A program made the position numbers and the translations under genes. A stretch of DNA of 64,000 bases from Phoronis australis. Lineage: Eukaryota; Animalia; Phoronida. A model generated the notes under the pieces. The model worked only from the letters and a program-made list of their open reading frames with translations. It did not search any database and was not told the DNA's origin. This document shows positions 39,931 through 53,888 of the stretch, one piece after another (position 1 is the stretch's first letter; every line of letters begins with the position of its first letter). The DNA lies in NCBI GenBank assembly GCA_002633005.1, contig NMRA01000048.1, positions 248,001 to 312,000 of the forward strand. Reading direction: 5' to 3'.

Positions 39931-42900
39931 TCGAGTCTAAGTAGACACAAAAATGAAGAAACTAAATGAAATTTCATACATTGAACGTAAAATGCATATT
40001 TGCCAATGAATCCACTCAATGCAGTCCTAGTTTTCAAGAAAAAGGTTACATTTGAAGCTGGTTAGAAACACAGGGTGTCAACCAACAGGCAGCAGCCATA
40101 ACCTTCTATAGCTGCCANCGGTATCCAACCAGATTCAATCACCCAAGTTCCCAACCCACTCTGGTCACATTACCTGGCCAATAGTAATACACCTGAAAAC
40201 ACGATATCACATGTGATGTACTTTAATAATCCACCAACCCCAGCTCACACCGCAGACTAGTTGTTGAACATAGAATGGCCATGGAAGTGCCGCAAATTAA
40301 CCAATTACTGTGTATACTTACCAGCCTCTAAGGAGAACACCACTGTTTTGAAACCCACACCAAGGTAGGTTGGCTCACATGTAGAGATGATATGGCCATT
40401 AAGACTTGGATACAGGGTGAGCAGAAAGATCTTTGGGCCCAATGGAATGTTTTGCACAAAAGAAACGTCAATTTTATTTTTTTAGTAGATTTAAGCATCC
40501 ACCATGCTGCCATTGAATAGTATTAACTTTGCTATAATGAAATTTAAATGGACTCATTTAAACCTTCCGTGAACACGTACTCATCATACCAAACAAAAAT
40601 CAAAATGAAAAGTAACACCGTTTGACAGAGGATAGCAAATTTAGTCAATAAACAAATGCTATTTAGCACTTCACTCAAGTCAAAAACTATTTTTAAGTTT
40701 ATATTTCATACATTTTTGATGTAATTAGTCCTACTTATCAGCAGAGGAAGTAGTATTTGGTCTCGGAAATGACTGGTGCAATTCGGCTGCACCAGTATTG
40801 TTTGGATTTGCATTGTATACATATTTTAAGTAAGTTTTTTTTATTTCACCCTCTAATTGGGCAACCCCTTGGTAATCAACCAAACAGACCCAATCAACAT
40901 GCCACCTCAAGCTAGGAGCCAGATAAATGTTCTTAGCAGAAAGGTCATAACTCCACAGGCATGCTGAGCCAACCAGTGGGCGGTCCACTGTAGGTTAATT
41001 AAATCTAGACTGCAAAGTTTGCATTGTTGAATTAAGGTGTCTGCCTTGAAATAACATTCAGGGATACTGGCTGACAAGGCTCTTTTGTAAATCACATGGT
41101 CACCAGACAGTATCTCTTTGTGAACAATTGGCAAATGCTGAATGCACCTGATGGACCAGTCAAAGGTGTAAAATTGAATGTTAAATTTAGAAAGTTTAAA
41201 TCACAACATTCGGGGAGGGTCAAAGGTGAATGTGTGTGGACATGCAATAGGTGACAGTGCATGTTGTGACCTTTCTCACTGACATCAACACTTGGTGCTC
41301 AGGGGAGTGGCTAGTGGGAAAGCTGAAAGTTGGTCTCCTGAGTCGAAAATAAGAGTGCTACTCCACACTTAACGGGTGGATTTGACGGCAAATCATTGAT
41401 GGTCGCTACAGTGGCATTTACACTCGACTTTTGGTGTTCATTACAACCAAACCAAGGGTATCAGAGATCTGACCAAGCTTTTATATAAAAATTCAACTTG
41501 AAAATGAAATCTCAAAATAATGTTACAATTTTAAAGTTATTTGATTTTTAATTTAGTCAACTTTTCATTTTTTCATGAAAATCATAAAACTGCAATGTTT
41601 AGTCCTCATGCAAAAGTGCATCAATTTAAAATCCTGACAGCATTTGAGAACAGGGCACAAAACATTTGAAACTTTCGTGTGAATGCTGGCTATCAGCCAT
41701 TTCTGAAATACGTTGTTCCGAAGTACAGCAAATCTGGACAAATACAGGCCCTCAAAAACATCTAGTTTGGCCAGATGCACCCAAAGAAACTGACCATTCC
41801 ATTGTTGGGAGTAATGTAACCTGACCACCAGGTGGCGTGTCTTCATGTCAGGCATTGATGAATACATTGGCATATTTTACTTTGATATGACTAGTTAGTG
41901 ACCAAGAAAATATGAAACATGTTACATAAAGAGAAAACAGCACTGGGAGCTCTCTGAGAAACACAGGAATCTCATTAATCAACTAATACTACCATACCTG
42001 ACAATACCAAGTCCAGGATGAACTGTTATGCTCAGCAAAAACAAATGTAGTGAATCGAACCTCTGAATTCCAGTTTTATCTACTGTGTTTAGCTTGACAC
42101 TTACCAAGCAAGACAAGAGAATGATTATTTTAAAAAGGTATGTTGAAAAAGACAAATCAATATAAATTTTAAGCAGGTACCATGCAGTTTGTTCAGTTTC
42201 TGTACTCACTATTTCCAAAGAGTTGGCAGTCAATCTATACTTAATGTGTACCAACTTATCTACCATAGGCGTCTATTATACGAAGTATGGTAAACAGCCC
42301 CACCTGGAGAACGCATCTTGTATCTTGCCCTACGTTCACAAGTCTCAACTACCTCTACCAGCCATTTAACTCAGAAGAAATGATGCGAAGAAACGAGGAA
42401 AAAAAGCGCAGCCAAATGCCATCCATTAATCACGAAGCACTGACAATGCCAAGGCATAACAGATTTGAAAAATTCAAAGGACTAGGAGTTAGGTTCAGCT
42501 CCAGTCAAGCTGTCAAGTCTTGTTAGGACTTAAGAACTCTAGGAGACTGTTACCAGTTATTACAAGTTGTCTGGGGATGGGCATGCCTTCTGTTTTGACA
42601 AATTGGAGGATTTATCAGAATAGTTGGATAATGAGAGTGGTGGTATGATGTGATGTCTGGGCTTGACAAGCATCAACTATCTGATGAGAAGCAGACACTG
42701 TGATCTCATTTCAAATAAAAATAGACTGTGTTGTAAAATACCTGAATATGACCAACTAACCAAGAGCCTAATTTGCAGTTTTGAAGACAAAAACTGTTGT
42801 TTGAAGAAAGCTGCGTTGCAGAGCGCAAAATAAATCATTTATTTAAACCTGCTTATCTTACACAAAAATGAAAAATTTTAATCAACCACCTTTTTAGTCC

Positions 42901-44964
42901 TTGACTTCTGCATATTGCAACATTGATAAATCAGGGGAAATGTGTTGCAATTCATAATTGTGCAATACTAGCAAGGTGCCATAATAGTAAAAAAGTGCAG
43001 GTATTTACCACTTTTTGGATGGAAAAAAGAATTTCCTTGAGTTTAATTGTTTTTTCTTTAGATCAGCCCAAAGACAACTCTAATTCACAACCTCGGCAGT
43101 CACAGTGAGACCCTAACTGCCGCAGAGCTCAACTCCACTTGGTTAACAGAGTAGCAGAGCATTTTAAGTGCACTTAACTAACAAAGTCACCAACCTGGAC
43201 TTCAGCAAATGACTGGCAGCTAAGGGCGTGAATGGGCAATTTGTAATAAAATCAGAAAAACAGATTTTATTGTTTTCCAATTCTGGTTATAATAACCTCA
43301 AGAAGTCTATCCCCCCTACAACAAACCCAAAATGCATTTTCCCGTACTAAAACCAGTTGTGCCCTAAGCCATTTGCCTAAAACCACTTTTTCTAATCATA
43401 GTAATGCAGTTCATAATACAAATTTAGTTATGAACAAACTACCAAAAATTGATCTTCCATCATGCTGTACTGCAAGAAGCATACAACGACATACCGATGT
43501 AGGAGACAATAGGCGCCGAAGCACAGTTAATGTTCATACCCAGGAGGTTAAACCATAACTGGACAAGATAATCTCATTGGTCACTTATATTAGACATTCA
43601 AAGCATATTGTCAGCAACTAGGGTTTTTTGTATTCTTGTAAAAGGAGGCAGTTTCAATAGTCAATCCAGACACTAGTGGATCTAGGGTGTTGAATGGTGA
43701 ACTTGCAACAATTTTCAAAGGAAAAATCCCAAACTTTTGTTTGCACCACAAAAAATCATTTTTTAGAACAACTGTCCATTCAGAGACGAGAGAAAAGAAA
43801 TTGATGGAAGAAATTTTTGAAGCTAGAAACAAGTCGATTCTCTGCTACTATACTCTGAAATCATCACATGGAACCGCTCGCTGACGAACAGAAGAGTTGA
43901 GAAATTTACACCGAATTCAGGGCAATGCCCAGTTAATCTGTTGAACTCAACCTGAAATACAAGCCACCAAGCACATGTTTAACACCTCCACCAGTGCAAA
44001 ATGAAGTAATCAGTCCAGCTGAGGGAAAAGAATCTGACACTGAACAGCAGAATTACAGAATTACCCAGGAGTTTCCTAAGAGTCTAATTAAAAGCAGAAT
44101 TTCCACAGTTCAACTTATACTGAAAGTTCTTCAAACACAATCAGTGAGTTACGTACCACTTAACATTTTTGGGTATGGGTTCTACAGCCTTTGTCCAACC
44201 GATGATGTTGTGAGTTTGTTGGGCGTGTGATGTTATCCTTGCTCAGCTAATTTTTGTGTAAATTATTTATTCAAGCAACACACTATATGTTAATGTCATG
44301 CACTAGTGTCATCCTAAAAACGCAATAAAATAGGATATCAATTTAAAGTTTTTCATAGAAATAGCTAGCACTTCCATACACTTTTAGGCAGAGTATAGTT
44401 CACCCATTCCACTTAAACAGCTAGATATCCGATAAATAAATTTGTATTTTCACTGGATTAAAATTGGTGCAGAAAATCGTTTTAAAAATTACAAACATCT
44501 CTTGTTAAGTGTAAACCTCAGACAGCCAGGATATCCAAATCCAGATATCAATCTAGCCCTTTGTTACACAAAGTGTTCCCCAGTATTTTTTCCAGCATTG
44601 CAGGACTTAAGTGCACGCCAATTATCGGCCATACTTCAAAACGTTATTTCAGACAGCATTTTTTACTGCAATGAAGTCATAGGTGGTAAATGCTTCCCAC
44701 ACAACAGGAACTTTTATCAGTGTTCGAGATATCCAAGAATGATGGCACTGGAGGTTCTTGTACAAAACTTTTGATTAAGTACAACGTACCATGTAACGGG
44801 CCAAGTTAGCAATGAGAACACAGTGATTCTTTAATAACCCACTTCAAGTTATACAGAGCGCTGCTTCGGTAGGTCAAAATAACCAACTTCAAAGTAAAAC
44901 AAAATAGGAATGAAGAGGTCCATTAAGAGAACAATATGGTAACACATATGGCAACAGTCCGACA

Positions 44965-45044
44965 TAACGTGCCCATATTTTGAGAGCTAGTTTGATGGCC
45001 GTCATTCAGTGGAGAAAACTGGTTCTCAAAATTCGGGCATGTTA
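44965..45044. mobile_element. Family A core with different outer arms (taacgtgccc/gggcatgtta)
   Basis: Same core cattcagtggagaaaactggttctcaaaa with self-complementary ends. Confidence 0.65.
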
Positions 45045-48000
45045 AATTGTCCAACCATTACCTCCATTATCATCGAAAGGTGTTAACAAGTCTTGTTTCC
45101 CAACATAATTTTTCGTGACAAGTCTCAAAACTAATCAGCATTCAATACTCACTTATTGAGTGAAACTGGATTTCCAAATATAATTGTCATATTGTTAAAT
45201 AATAATTTTGAAATAACTTTTATATTTGGTTCTTACAAGTACTCTAACCAGCACTCAATATACCTTTAAAGCAACAGTGAATACTGCTTCTGTAATAATA
45301 CTTAAAATAGTATTCAAGACCAGTGTACTGTGAACAACAATTTATAAGAAAAACATTCAGGATTGGGATTAGCATATCCTCATCAAACTAAGCTATGTTT
45401 TCATACCCGTAAAAATGTGTCAGCCAGCACTTGGATTTCTAGGCAGAACACAGTGGTGAAAATCTGGCCCTAGGCCACTACAAACAAAAAATAGCATCTA
45501 AGTATGATTTATCAAACAAATAAACTGTCCCAATACACAGCCCAAACAGAGAGTCTGATACCTATCATCCTACAGAAGCATCTGTGCCTGTGACATAACA
45601 TCAACAACCCAGGGGCTTGTTTGGATAAACTTTTGTTTGGGTGAGGGGACACCCTGATTTCACGCCTCTACAGTTCTACTAACAGTGCATTGTGATCCTC
45701 ACTCCTTCACAAATAAGTCCCACTGAGAAAAGGACAACAAGTGTGTAATGGATGGGATTATGTGGATTAGGTGGATCACCCCTGCAGACAGGCTAAATAG
45801 ATATATCCTTCTTGACTTCACCTGAGCCTATATACAGGGCTGAATGGTAAGCTAGGTGATTTGTATAGCAAAAATAAACAATTGGCCTATAACATGTAAA
45901 CTAAACCAAGTTTCTGTGCAAAAGATCACTTCCTGGGAGGTCTATAGATGAAAGGGTTACCTAACTAAATTTTCGATCTGAAATCTACAATTAAATGTTG
46001 GATTTCATGCGTTATTCTAGACTCAAAACTGGGAAACCAGTAGAGTAGTCACATTAAAATACAAGGTATTAGATCAAAAACAGAGATAAGAACAAGAAAT
46101 TGGTTACTTCATTGATCTCATGAACATTACTTTAAGACAAAACCTCCAGCAAGTTTTTCATGTAGTGGTCCTAATACCGTAGGTTCTGAAGTACAGATCA
46201 GGATTTTCACTTAACATCAAATGCAACCAAAAATCTCTTGTGTCTTTCACACACAGAAATAAGACAATTGGAAAAAAACTTTATTCCACATTTCACATTA
46301 CAATAAGGCAGCTCGGTTGTAGGTATCCAAGTTTAAAATTTCTAAAGCTAGTTAAAGAAACAAGGTCACTCACTTGTCTTTCTCTTAACCATAAAAATTC
46401 ACCACCTTGATGCACTGCTGAGCCCCATAGAACATGTCTTCGTTGAAACAACGGGGCGGACATTATTAACTCATGTGACTCATAATTGATTTTGGAAGGA
46501 CAGAAAAAATAGCGCAAAGGCCAACATTAGCATATGGCAAGCTCTTGTGAAAATACTTAGAAACCGGAGAAGTGCAGCGTATTTGATTGGATTCAGATAG
46601 AATTACATGATCTCAACATAGGGTAGAAAAAGGCGAAATTTAAAGAATTTAATGATGAAATGCTTAGGGCGTCTCAGAAATAAAACACAGACAGAGAAAG
46701 TGTATAGTGTTAAAAGCAAAAAGGAGGCCCGGTTCATTACTTTGCAACATGCTACCACTGAGATCGACTTACTGAATTTGAAAAGACAGGAAAAGGAATA
46801 CCCTGAAAGACGGCATTTTGAAAAAGGCCAATTCTTAGTGTAAGCCCTGAAGCCAGAGAACTATCAGGTGATGGCCGATCAACTCCAATTTGCGCAACTT
46901 ACTTTATAAAGGTACTAGTTGAATACTTTTTTAAAGACTGTGGGACCTGACTCACCTGGGAGGACAGTTGTCCGTATCTTATGAATTGGGAATTTTCAGA
47001 TTCTCTGTCAGATTTCAAAATATATTTTTTTCGAAATGGAAAGTATTCATAATGTTACAGTTATCCAAATTATCATTGTGTTTTCGTATTATGAATCCGC
47101 AATTTTTTCACAAAAGTCTCGAGCCCTATTTTTATTGCACCTCATGTAAAAGCAGAACATTTTAAAAACAATCCTTAAAGCGTTTTTGAAAGTGCATAAC
47201 CACAGTATTTAAAAGATTCCCAAGAATATGACCTACCAATTCTGATGTACAGTATGATATTCCAAAGTAAGCCAAATTTGGACATTTCTGTAGGGTCCTA
47301 CGACACCTTAAGTTCACTTCTCTCAGTGATCTCCATATGAGCTGGACTATAAAAATCACCAAGTCTTGATTTGAGACAGCGACAAAGTTTTGACAGACCA
47401 TGCTAAAAGTAGATTTTACTTCAAGTTGAATTTCGCTGTTTAGCTGGATAATAAAACGAAGGTGGAATTAAGAGAGAGAAATCCCCAATTTGGTTGTTTT
47501 AAGCACCTAAACAGAGTAAACTGCAGCTTAAATACTTTGTTGAGAGGACATTTTGTCAGTACATTCTATACTCAATAGGTGAAGATTTAATGTAATTCCT
47601 CTAATTGGAGACAGCTGCTTCATGAGCAAAAAACTGCAGGACTTTGGCAACAGTCTGGTGACCAGCAAAGAGAGTGCAAATTAACAAGACAGGATATAGC
47701 ATTGCATAGTCAAAGAAGAATACCTTATGTTATTGTTAGGTCTTTGTTAAAGTGAAGACTATTGTATGAGATTGACAAGTTACGTAGGGTAAAAGCATGA
47801 CGAAAATGAGCATCGCAATTAAACTTGAGCAACTTTTAAAATTAGAGTGAATCAGCAAGCGAAAAACAAACCAAATTTAGGGCACACAATGTGGCCGACA
47901 AGTGAAATTCTATTTCATTAAATTTCTCAAAAAAAGAAAGATTAAGAACACTTTAGTCTATTTAAAGCATGGTTTGTAGTTTGTAGACGTCATAAACAAC

Positions 48001-49629
48001 ATTTTCTGAAATCCCCATTATGAGCATAAAGGTAGTCAATTAAACATGGAAAAATTACCATTTTGGAAAGCAATCATTTTTGCGCAAAATAAGTGGAGAC
48101 TTGCTGAAATTACTCAAATGTGACCCGCTACGAAAATCCCACGGAATGAAGAAAGACATATTTGAGACAAGTGTGTAAAATTTGAATAATTGCTCGTCTC
48201 TCAAACAACTTTAACTAAAATGTAACTCACAAAAAGTATATTCCACACAATAAAAGTGGTGAACAGTTCATTTCGAAACAAGGTACTTACAGAAAACATA
48301 TGCCCTCAATGGTGTTGCTTTATTGGGCAGATCCTGACAGATTCTGGCATCAAATTTTGTGCGGTTCACATTTTTACATTTACCAAACTGGTAAGCAGAA
48401 ACCCCAGGACTAATGTGGAAGTGAAAATTACACCAAGTCACTTTAATTCACAAACCAAACTCTTGAACATGTTTCTTTACTTCATTAAATCCGGATTTTT
48501 ATCATGAGTCAAGTTACAAAATGGTTGATGTAATGAAAATGTCATGGGGTCTAGGGTAAACATCTAATTAAGAGCTGACTTCAAATTGTAGCAGACTGCA
48601 TCACCTCGGGGCTGGGGATTTTAGAAGTAGATTTTTACACCAAAAAACTCCCATAGGCAAGTAGGTCGAAATGAATTTGTCTCCTATAAACTAAGCAGTC
48701 GTTGCCTATGCCTTTGGGAAAACAAAATGGAAAGCGAACAGTTTCAAAATATTACATCTGACAAGTCTTGTGCATTTTTGGATAGGCAGACCCTTTTGTG
48801 TTATGTACAGGATGATAAATAGAGATATCCACTTAAGTTTTTTGTATTCTGAGAACCCATGCTATAGCAAATCTCCTGTAACCTTAGAGCAAGTTGTCAG
48901 TTTCAATAAAAACAAATTTCTTGCAAGAAACTCATGGCGAGACATCTTGGGTTATGCCGGCAACACAAAAAGTTGGGATAGTGGGCACTTCTGTATCAAC
49001 TATTCATTACCAAATGTCCGTCCAATCACCCTTCGGTGGCCAAAACTTAGCTGTGTTGGCCTATAAGATTCACCCTCAGTTGTGAAACACTAGGATTGAT
49101 ACCTTGTATCATGTACACTAAAACCAGAGTTTGGGTGATGTTGCCACTTAACTATTTAGATAATGGCCTGATACTGGCCTAACTGAAGGCACTCTTACCA
49201 AATCAGTCACTGTGATGTATAGCTAGAGTACATGACTGGCCACATGCCACATTGCTCAACTGGTAAACATACAAGTTTACAGGGTACACAACAGATATTA
49301 CACATTCATTGTATAAAGGATATGATAATATGCTGGTGCCTTATGCCCTCTTGCCTAACAGCTATACTTATCATGCAGTTCACTCAATACACTATTCCTT
49401 AATTTTTACCCAAGAAGTCAAAAATACAACGAATTGTAATTGACAGACTACTCCAAGTGGGGTAACCCGATTTTTGACAGATGCCTAAGCATCATCTTCA
49501 GACATGATGGAGAGTCCTTGGGTAACATCTCAATGGCTTTGACACATTGAAAACAGATGTGAGTAAGCACAGGCAAAATACCAGAAAAATACCAAGAAAT
49601 GTAAACCAGCAGATCCACACAAGACTCAC

Positions 49630-49830
49630 CTTTAGGAGCGTGTATCCAATTGATCGGTGTTGGTATATGTACACCAATTTGTAAAATAAATAGAGTGACC
49701 TTATAGTGTGAAAAATCTTCAAACGTTTTAGTGTGGAGCGACTGCTATAGCTCACTGACTACGTACTGGCAGCACGGATCTGAACCTCAGACGTAGAAAG
49801 CCGAGGTGCGTCATACAAAAACAACAACAA
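49630..49830 (-). promoter_or_regulatory. Candidate promoter and non-coding first exon (~49756 to 49630)
   Basis: Initiator-like TCAGT at 49758-49754, locally CpG-rich with a TGACG half-site upstream, ATG-free 127 nt, consensus donor AAG|gtgagt. Confidence 0.5.
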
Positions 49831-51650
49831 ACCGGCAAAACAATCCTTGTTTACTGATTAACACCTCTTATCCAACCTACTCAATATGGCTCTCGAAATT
49901 CTAAGCAGACTTATCGAAATGAGATGACGAAAGATACCATATATGGAAAGGTCAAAGTAAATGTTTGCACGGCTTGTTGACATTTCCGATTTGAGTAATA
50001 AAACGTTCCGCGAAATGTGTCAGCCTTATCGAACAGGCAGTGAAATATCAGAAAGCTTAATAAACACCGAGGAATTCCAAACTTATCATTATGTTAATTA
50101 AGTCGTGAATATTCGGAAATAAGAATTAATGGCATACGTTTGTTTGAAATGACTCATAACAGTGAAAATAATTCATCGGCTATGACTGTTTTAATTGCTC
50201 AATAGGTCTTCTGAGTTCTACTATAACCTTTTTAAAAATACTCATCTATTATCAACTTTATTTGATTGCATCTAAATTCACAATAATGTTAGGTTTATCT
50301 CCTTGACAACAATCCATAAAACAATAAAAATTCCACAATAATATACTTTATTTTACTTCATGCTTTCCATTTCATCACATTGGACTGAATGTCTCTTAAA
50401 ATCACTTCCCCCGCCCAGACTCCTCATCACAAGAACTTAGAAGCAAATCCAGCCACACACCCCTCATACACTGCTAGAAGATCAAAGAAACATTTTGGAG
50501 TCAGCTCTTGACATCACAACACCCTGGAGCCAACAGGGTCATGGTTCAGCCTTTTGATTTTTGCGCACTAATACAAATTCATGTACTCCTTGCAGTCAAT
50601 TTTATTTGTTTAACAGCAACTGACATTTTTTGTGTCGTCAAAGCTTTAAAAGTTTCAACGAATCACCTTTTCAAGCCATGCTATAAGTTGTCTGTTTTAA
50701 GCAAATATTGACAGAATGATTACAGGTACCACATGAAAGCGATAAAAAGTTTAGGTGTAATAATCAACTATGTGGCTACTGATTCACAAAAGTGCCGAAC
50801 GATTTGAGAAATTCAACAGGAAATTTTTTAGTTCACCCACATTATTTTTGAATGTTTGCGGGCAGAACAATACGGTAAAAACAAATAGTGTAATTTTAGA
50901 AATGAGGCTCATTTTCACAAACCTGAAATGATAAAGACAACTGAAATACTTTACACTGCAGATGATGGCTGAAACTTCATAATTAAATTCACAACAGTAA
51001 GTCTCACTAACAAAAAAACAACAGGTTTATTTATTTCAAATTTAATTTTATCCATACCAGTGTAAAGTAAAAATGTAAATTTTATTGCGCCCACATACAT
51101 ATATACATTTGCATTACCATCATCTCTGTCTGGGCATGCAGTGTCCATTGACAACAGATGACAAGGTTTGGACCAATCTGACTACTTCAGTGCCACCCAC
51201 CCCTTCAGCGGTAATTTTGGTTTGTTGCGTATTTCTCCTATCTTTGAAGTTTCTAGATGGATTTTCATGAATTTTGGATAATGGGTTTTTATTAAAGAGG
51301 CAGCGCCTTCCCATTTTTGCACAGATTTGACACACTCTCTGCTACCCAGCGGTCGTCGTTTAAATTTTTCGAGTCCATTTTTGTTTTGGTGTCCGCGTCT
51401 CTATCCACCAAATCGTTCAAAATTCCCCTGAGAAAATTGGCAGATCAGTGGCTGACTGATTCTTGAATGAGTTTGACTTATTTGGTACCCATTTCCCATT
51501 TTCATCCACGCATGTATCTCCCCTTTTCAGTATCTTTGTGAAACTTGGTAGAGACCAGTCCAACTACTGTTGTGCCCAATGACATATGTTTGATTCTGAA
51601 TCTTCAGAGTTCAATGATGGACTTTTCATTAAATTTGGCAAATAGCTTAC

Positions 51651-51714
51651 CATTAGGAGACCAGACCATTCCGGGGGGGGGCAAAGGGGAAGGGGACATT
51701 TCAGTGTTTGACAT
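51651..51714 (-). CDS. Candidate distal alternative first coding exon (MSNTEMSPSPLPPPGMVWSPN, phase 1)
   Basis: ACA-ATG with an upstream in-frame TGA. 64 nt to an ATG|gtaagc donor. Phase 1 is compatible with exon 21915. Confidence 0.3.
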
Positions 51715-52779
51715 TGTTCTTGTTAACAAATCTCAAGCAATACGTTACTTCACCAATAGCATCAAACAGACCCAAACAGTTCAAAAGCCTCATATTTCCC
51801 CCTCTTGTTAGAAAATGAGACATTTATTAAAAGGAAATTAACTTAAGTATGATTAAAAACAAATTTGCACAGTCTGAGCAGCTTAGCACATGTTTAAATG
51901 TAGACAGACTGTTGCAAAGCATGGTTTTCTACTTAATTAACAACTGCTCCCTTCACAACTTGTGCGAAATCTCATTAATTAAAATCATTACAAGAAATTA
52001 AGTTTGTTAGGAAAGATATTAGACTGTTGCAAAAAACATACCAGATCTAATTCAGCATTCATCTAATCTTGATCCGGTATAACAATTTTGTAACTATGCC
52101 CCTGAGATCACCATCGAAATGATAATGCATTTGAGTCGACTTGGTCAACAATTTATTTTGTATTCAGCTGTAACCTGAAAATGATGGTTGATTAAGGATC
52201 ATGGCTAAAACCAACGCACTATGGAAAATTGAAACTTTTGCCATGCTTTGTGATTTTTGTTTTGAAATCAGAATACATTACATGGACAAAAATCTGTAAA
52301 CAAAAGATACTAAATGCATTTAGTGCTACAAACCAAAGGTCGCTGCATACATTAAAGGCAAAGATAAAATAAACCTTATAACCAAACCATCCTCCATCAG
52401 AATTCCTTGTACGCATGTAACAGACATTAGGCGAGTAAAAAGAGGGAGTTAATCAAATCATAATTATAACAAAATGACTATACCAGCAAATCATAGGCTG
52501 TAAATTGATGCCTACAGCTATGGGGAGAAGATTATTCAGACAGCAAAAGACTTGTGATTTATGGATTAAATGAACACAACATTTGTCATTAATGGTTTCA
52601 TTACCTAGTAAGAGCATGGCATTTTTCCTGTCATGTTCAAAGTCAGAATCAAGTGTATATGTCAAGTGGTGTATATTCATTATTTAAAGTGTAAGTTGTT
52701 AATAGCTGGCATTGCTTTTTAAGAATACATGAGAAACAATCTCGAATAATCCATGTTTAGGGGCTGACTTGAATTCTTT

Positions 52780-53888
52780 GAAGTTGACTGAAAAAGTTAA
52801 CCAAAAGCACAATACCTGGATGGTGAATAAAACAAATATCTAACCAAAAAAGAAAAAAGAGTTAACCAACAACAATGAGATACTGATACTTAAACATATT
52901 TTTTTATATTTTTAACTTTCATTCACTTTTCTTTGATAATTTTTGGGTGAAGTGTGATATGACAATGCTAATATTCTATATGACAAGAAAACCTCACAGT
53001 CAGTTTCACACTCACAAACAATACACTCGGTGGCAATCCAGCAAACAAAGTTTTGCTAATAAACTCACTAGAAACAGACTACTGACTAGGGCAAGGGCTC
53101 ATTAAAAACAACAGCCAACTCCAAAAATTCCTTATATTTATAAACACTGCTGTCAACCTTGTTGTAACAAGATACAATCAGCCATAACACAAGAAAAAAT
53201 AGGTGAAATGTTTGTCATGATAAATATAAACAAATGTCAGAGGGAAGCCAGCCTGGAGGCAGTCCAGAAACTACAGTTGCTAGGATACCGCAGGCTTTCA
53301 TGTTTTAACCAAGGAGTTGATATGCAGAGACTCAAANGAAGTTGACTGAAAAAGTTAACCAAAAGCACAATACCTGGATGGTGAATAAAACAAATATCTG
53401 ACCAAAAAAGAAAAAAGAGTTAACCAACAACAAGATACTGATACTTAAACATATTTTTTATATTTATAACTTTCATTCACTTTTCTTTGATAATTTTTGG
53501 GGTGAAGTGTGATATGACAATGCTAATATTCTATATGACAAGAAAACCTCACAGTCAGTTTCACACTCACAAACAATACACTCAGTGGCAATCCAGCAAA
53601 CAAAGTTTTGCTAATAAACTCACTAGAAACAGACTACTGACTAGGGCAAGGGTTCATTAAAAACAACAGCCAACTCCAAAAATTCCTTATATTTATAAAC
53701 ACTGCTGTCAACCTTGTTGTAACAAGATACAATCAGCCATAACACAAGAAAAAATAGGTGAAATGTTTGTCATGATAAATATAAACAAATGTCAGAGGGA
53801 AGCCGGCCTGGAGGCAGTCCAGAAACTACAGTTGCTAGGATACCGCAGGCTTTCATGTTTTAACCAAGGAGTTGATATGCAGACTCAA
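52780..53888. repeat. ~555 bp near-identical tandem duplication across an N (probable assembly artefact)
   Basis: 52780-53336 and 53338-53888 are near identical and separated exactly by the N at 53337. Confidence 0.9.

Noticed and set aside
51100-51650. Coding-looking purine-rich minus-strand block
   Set aside because: Stops in all frames, no clean splice boundaries and no recognisable motif.
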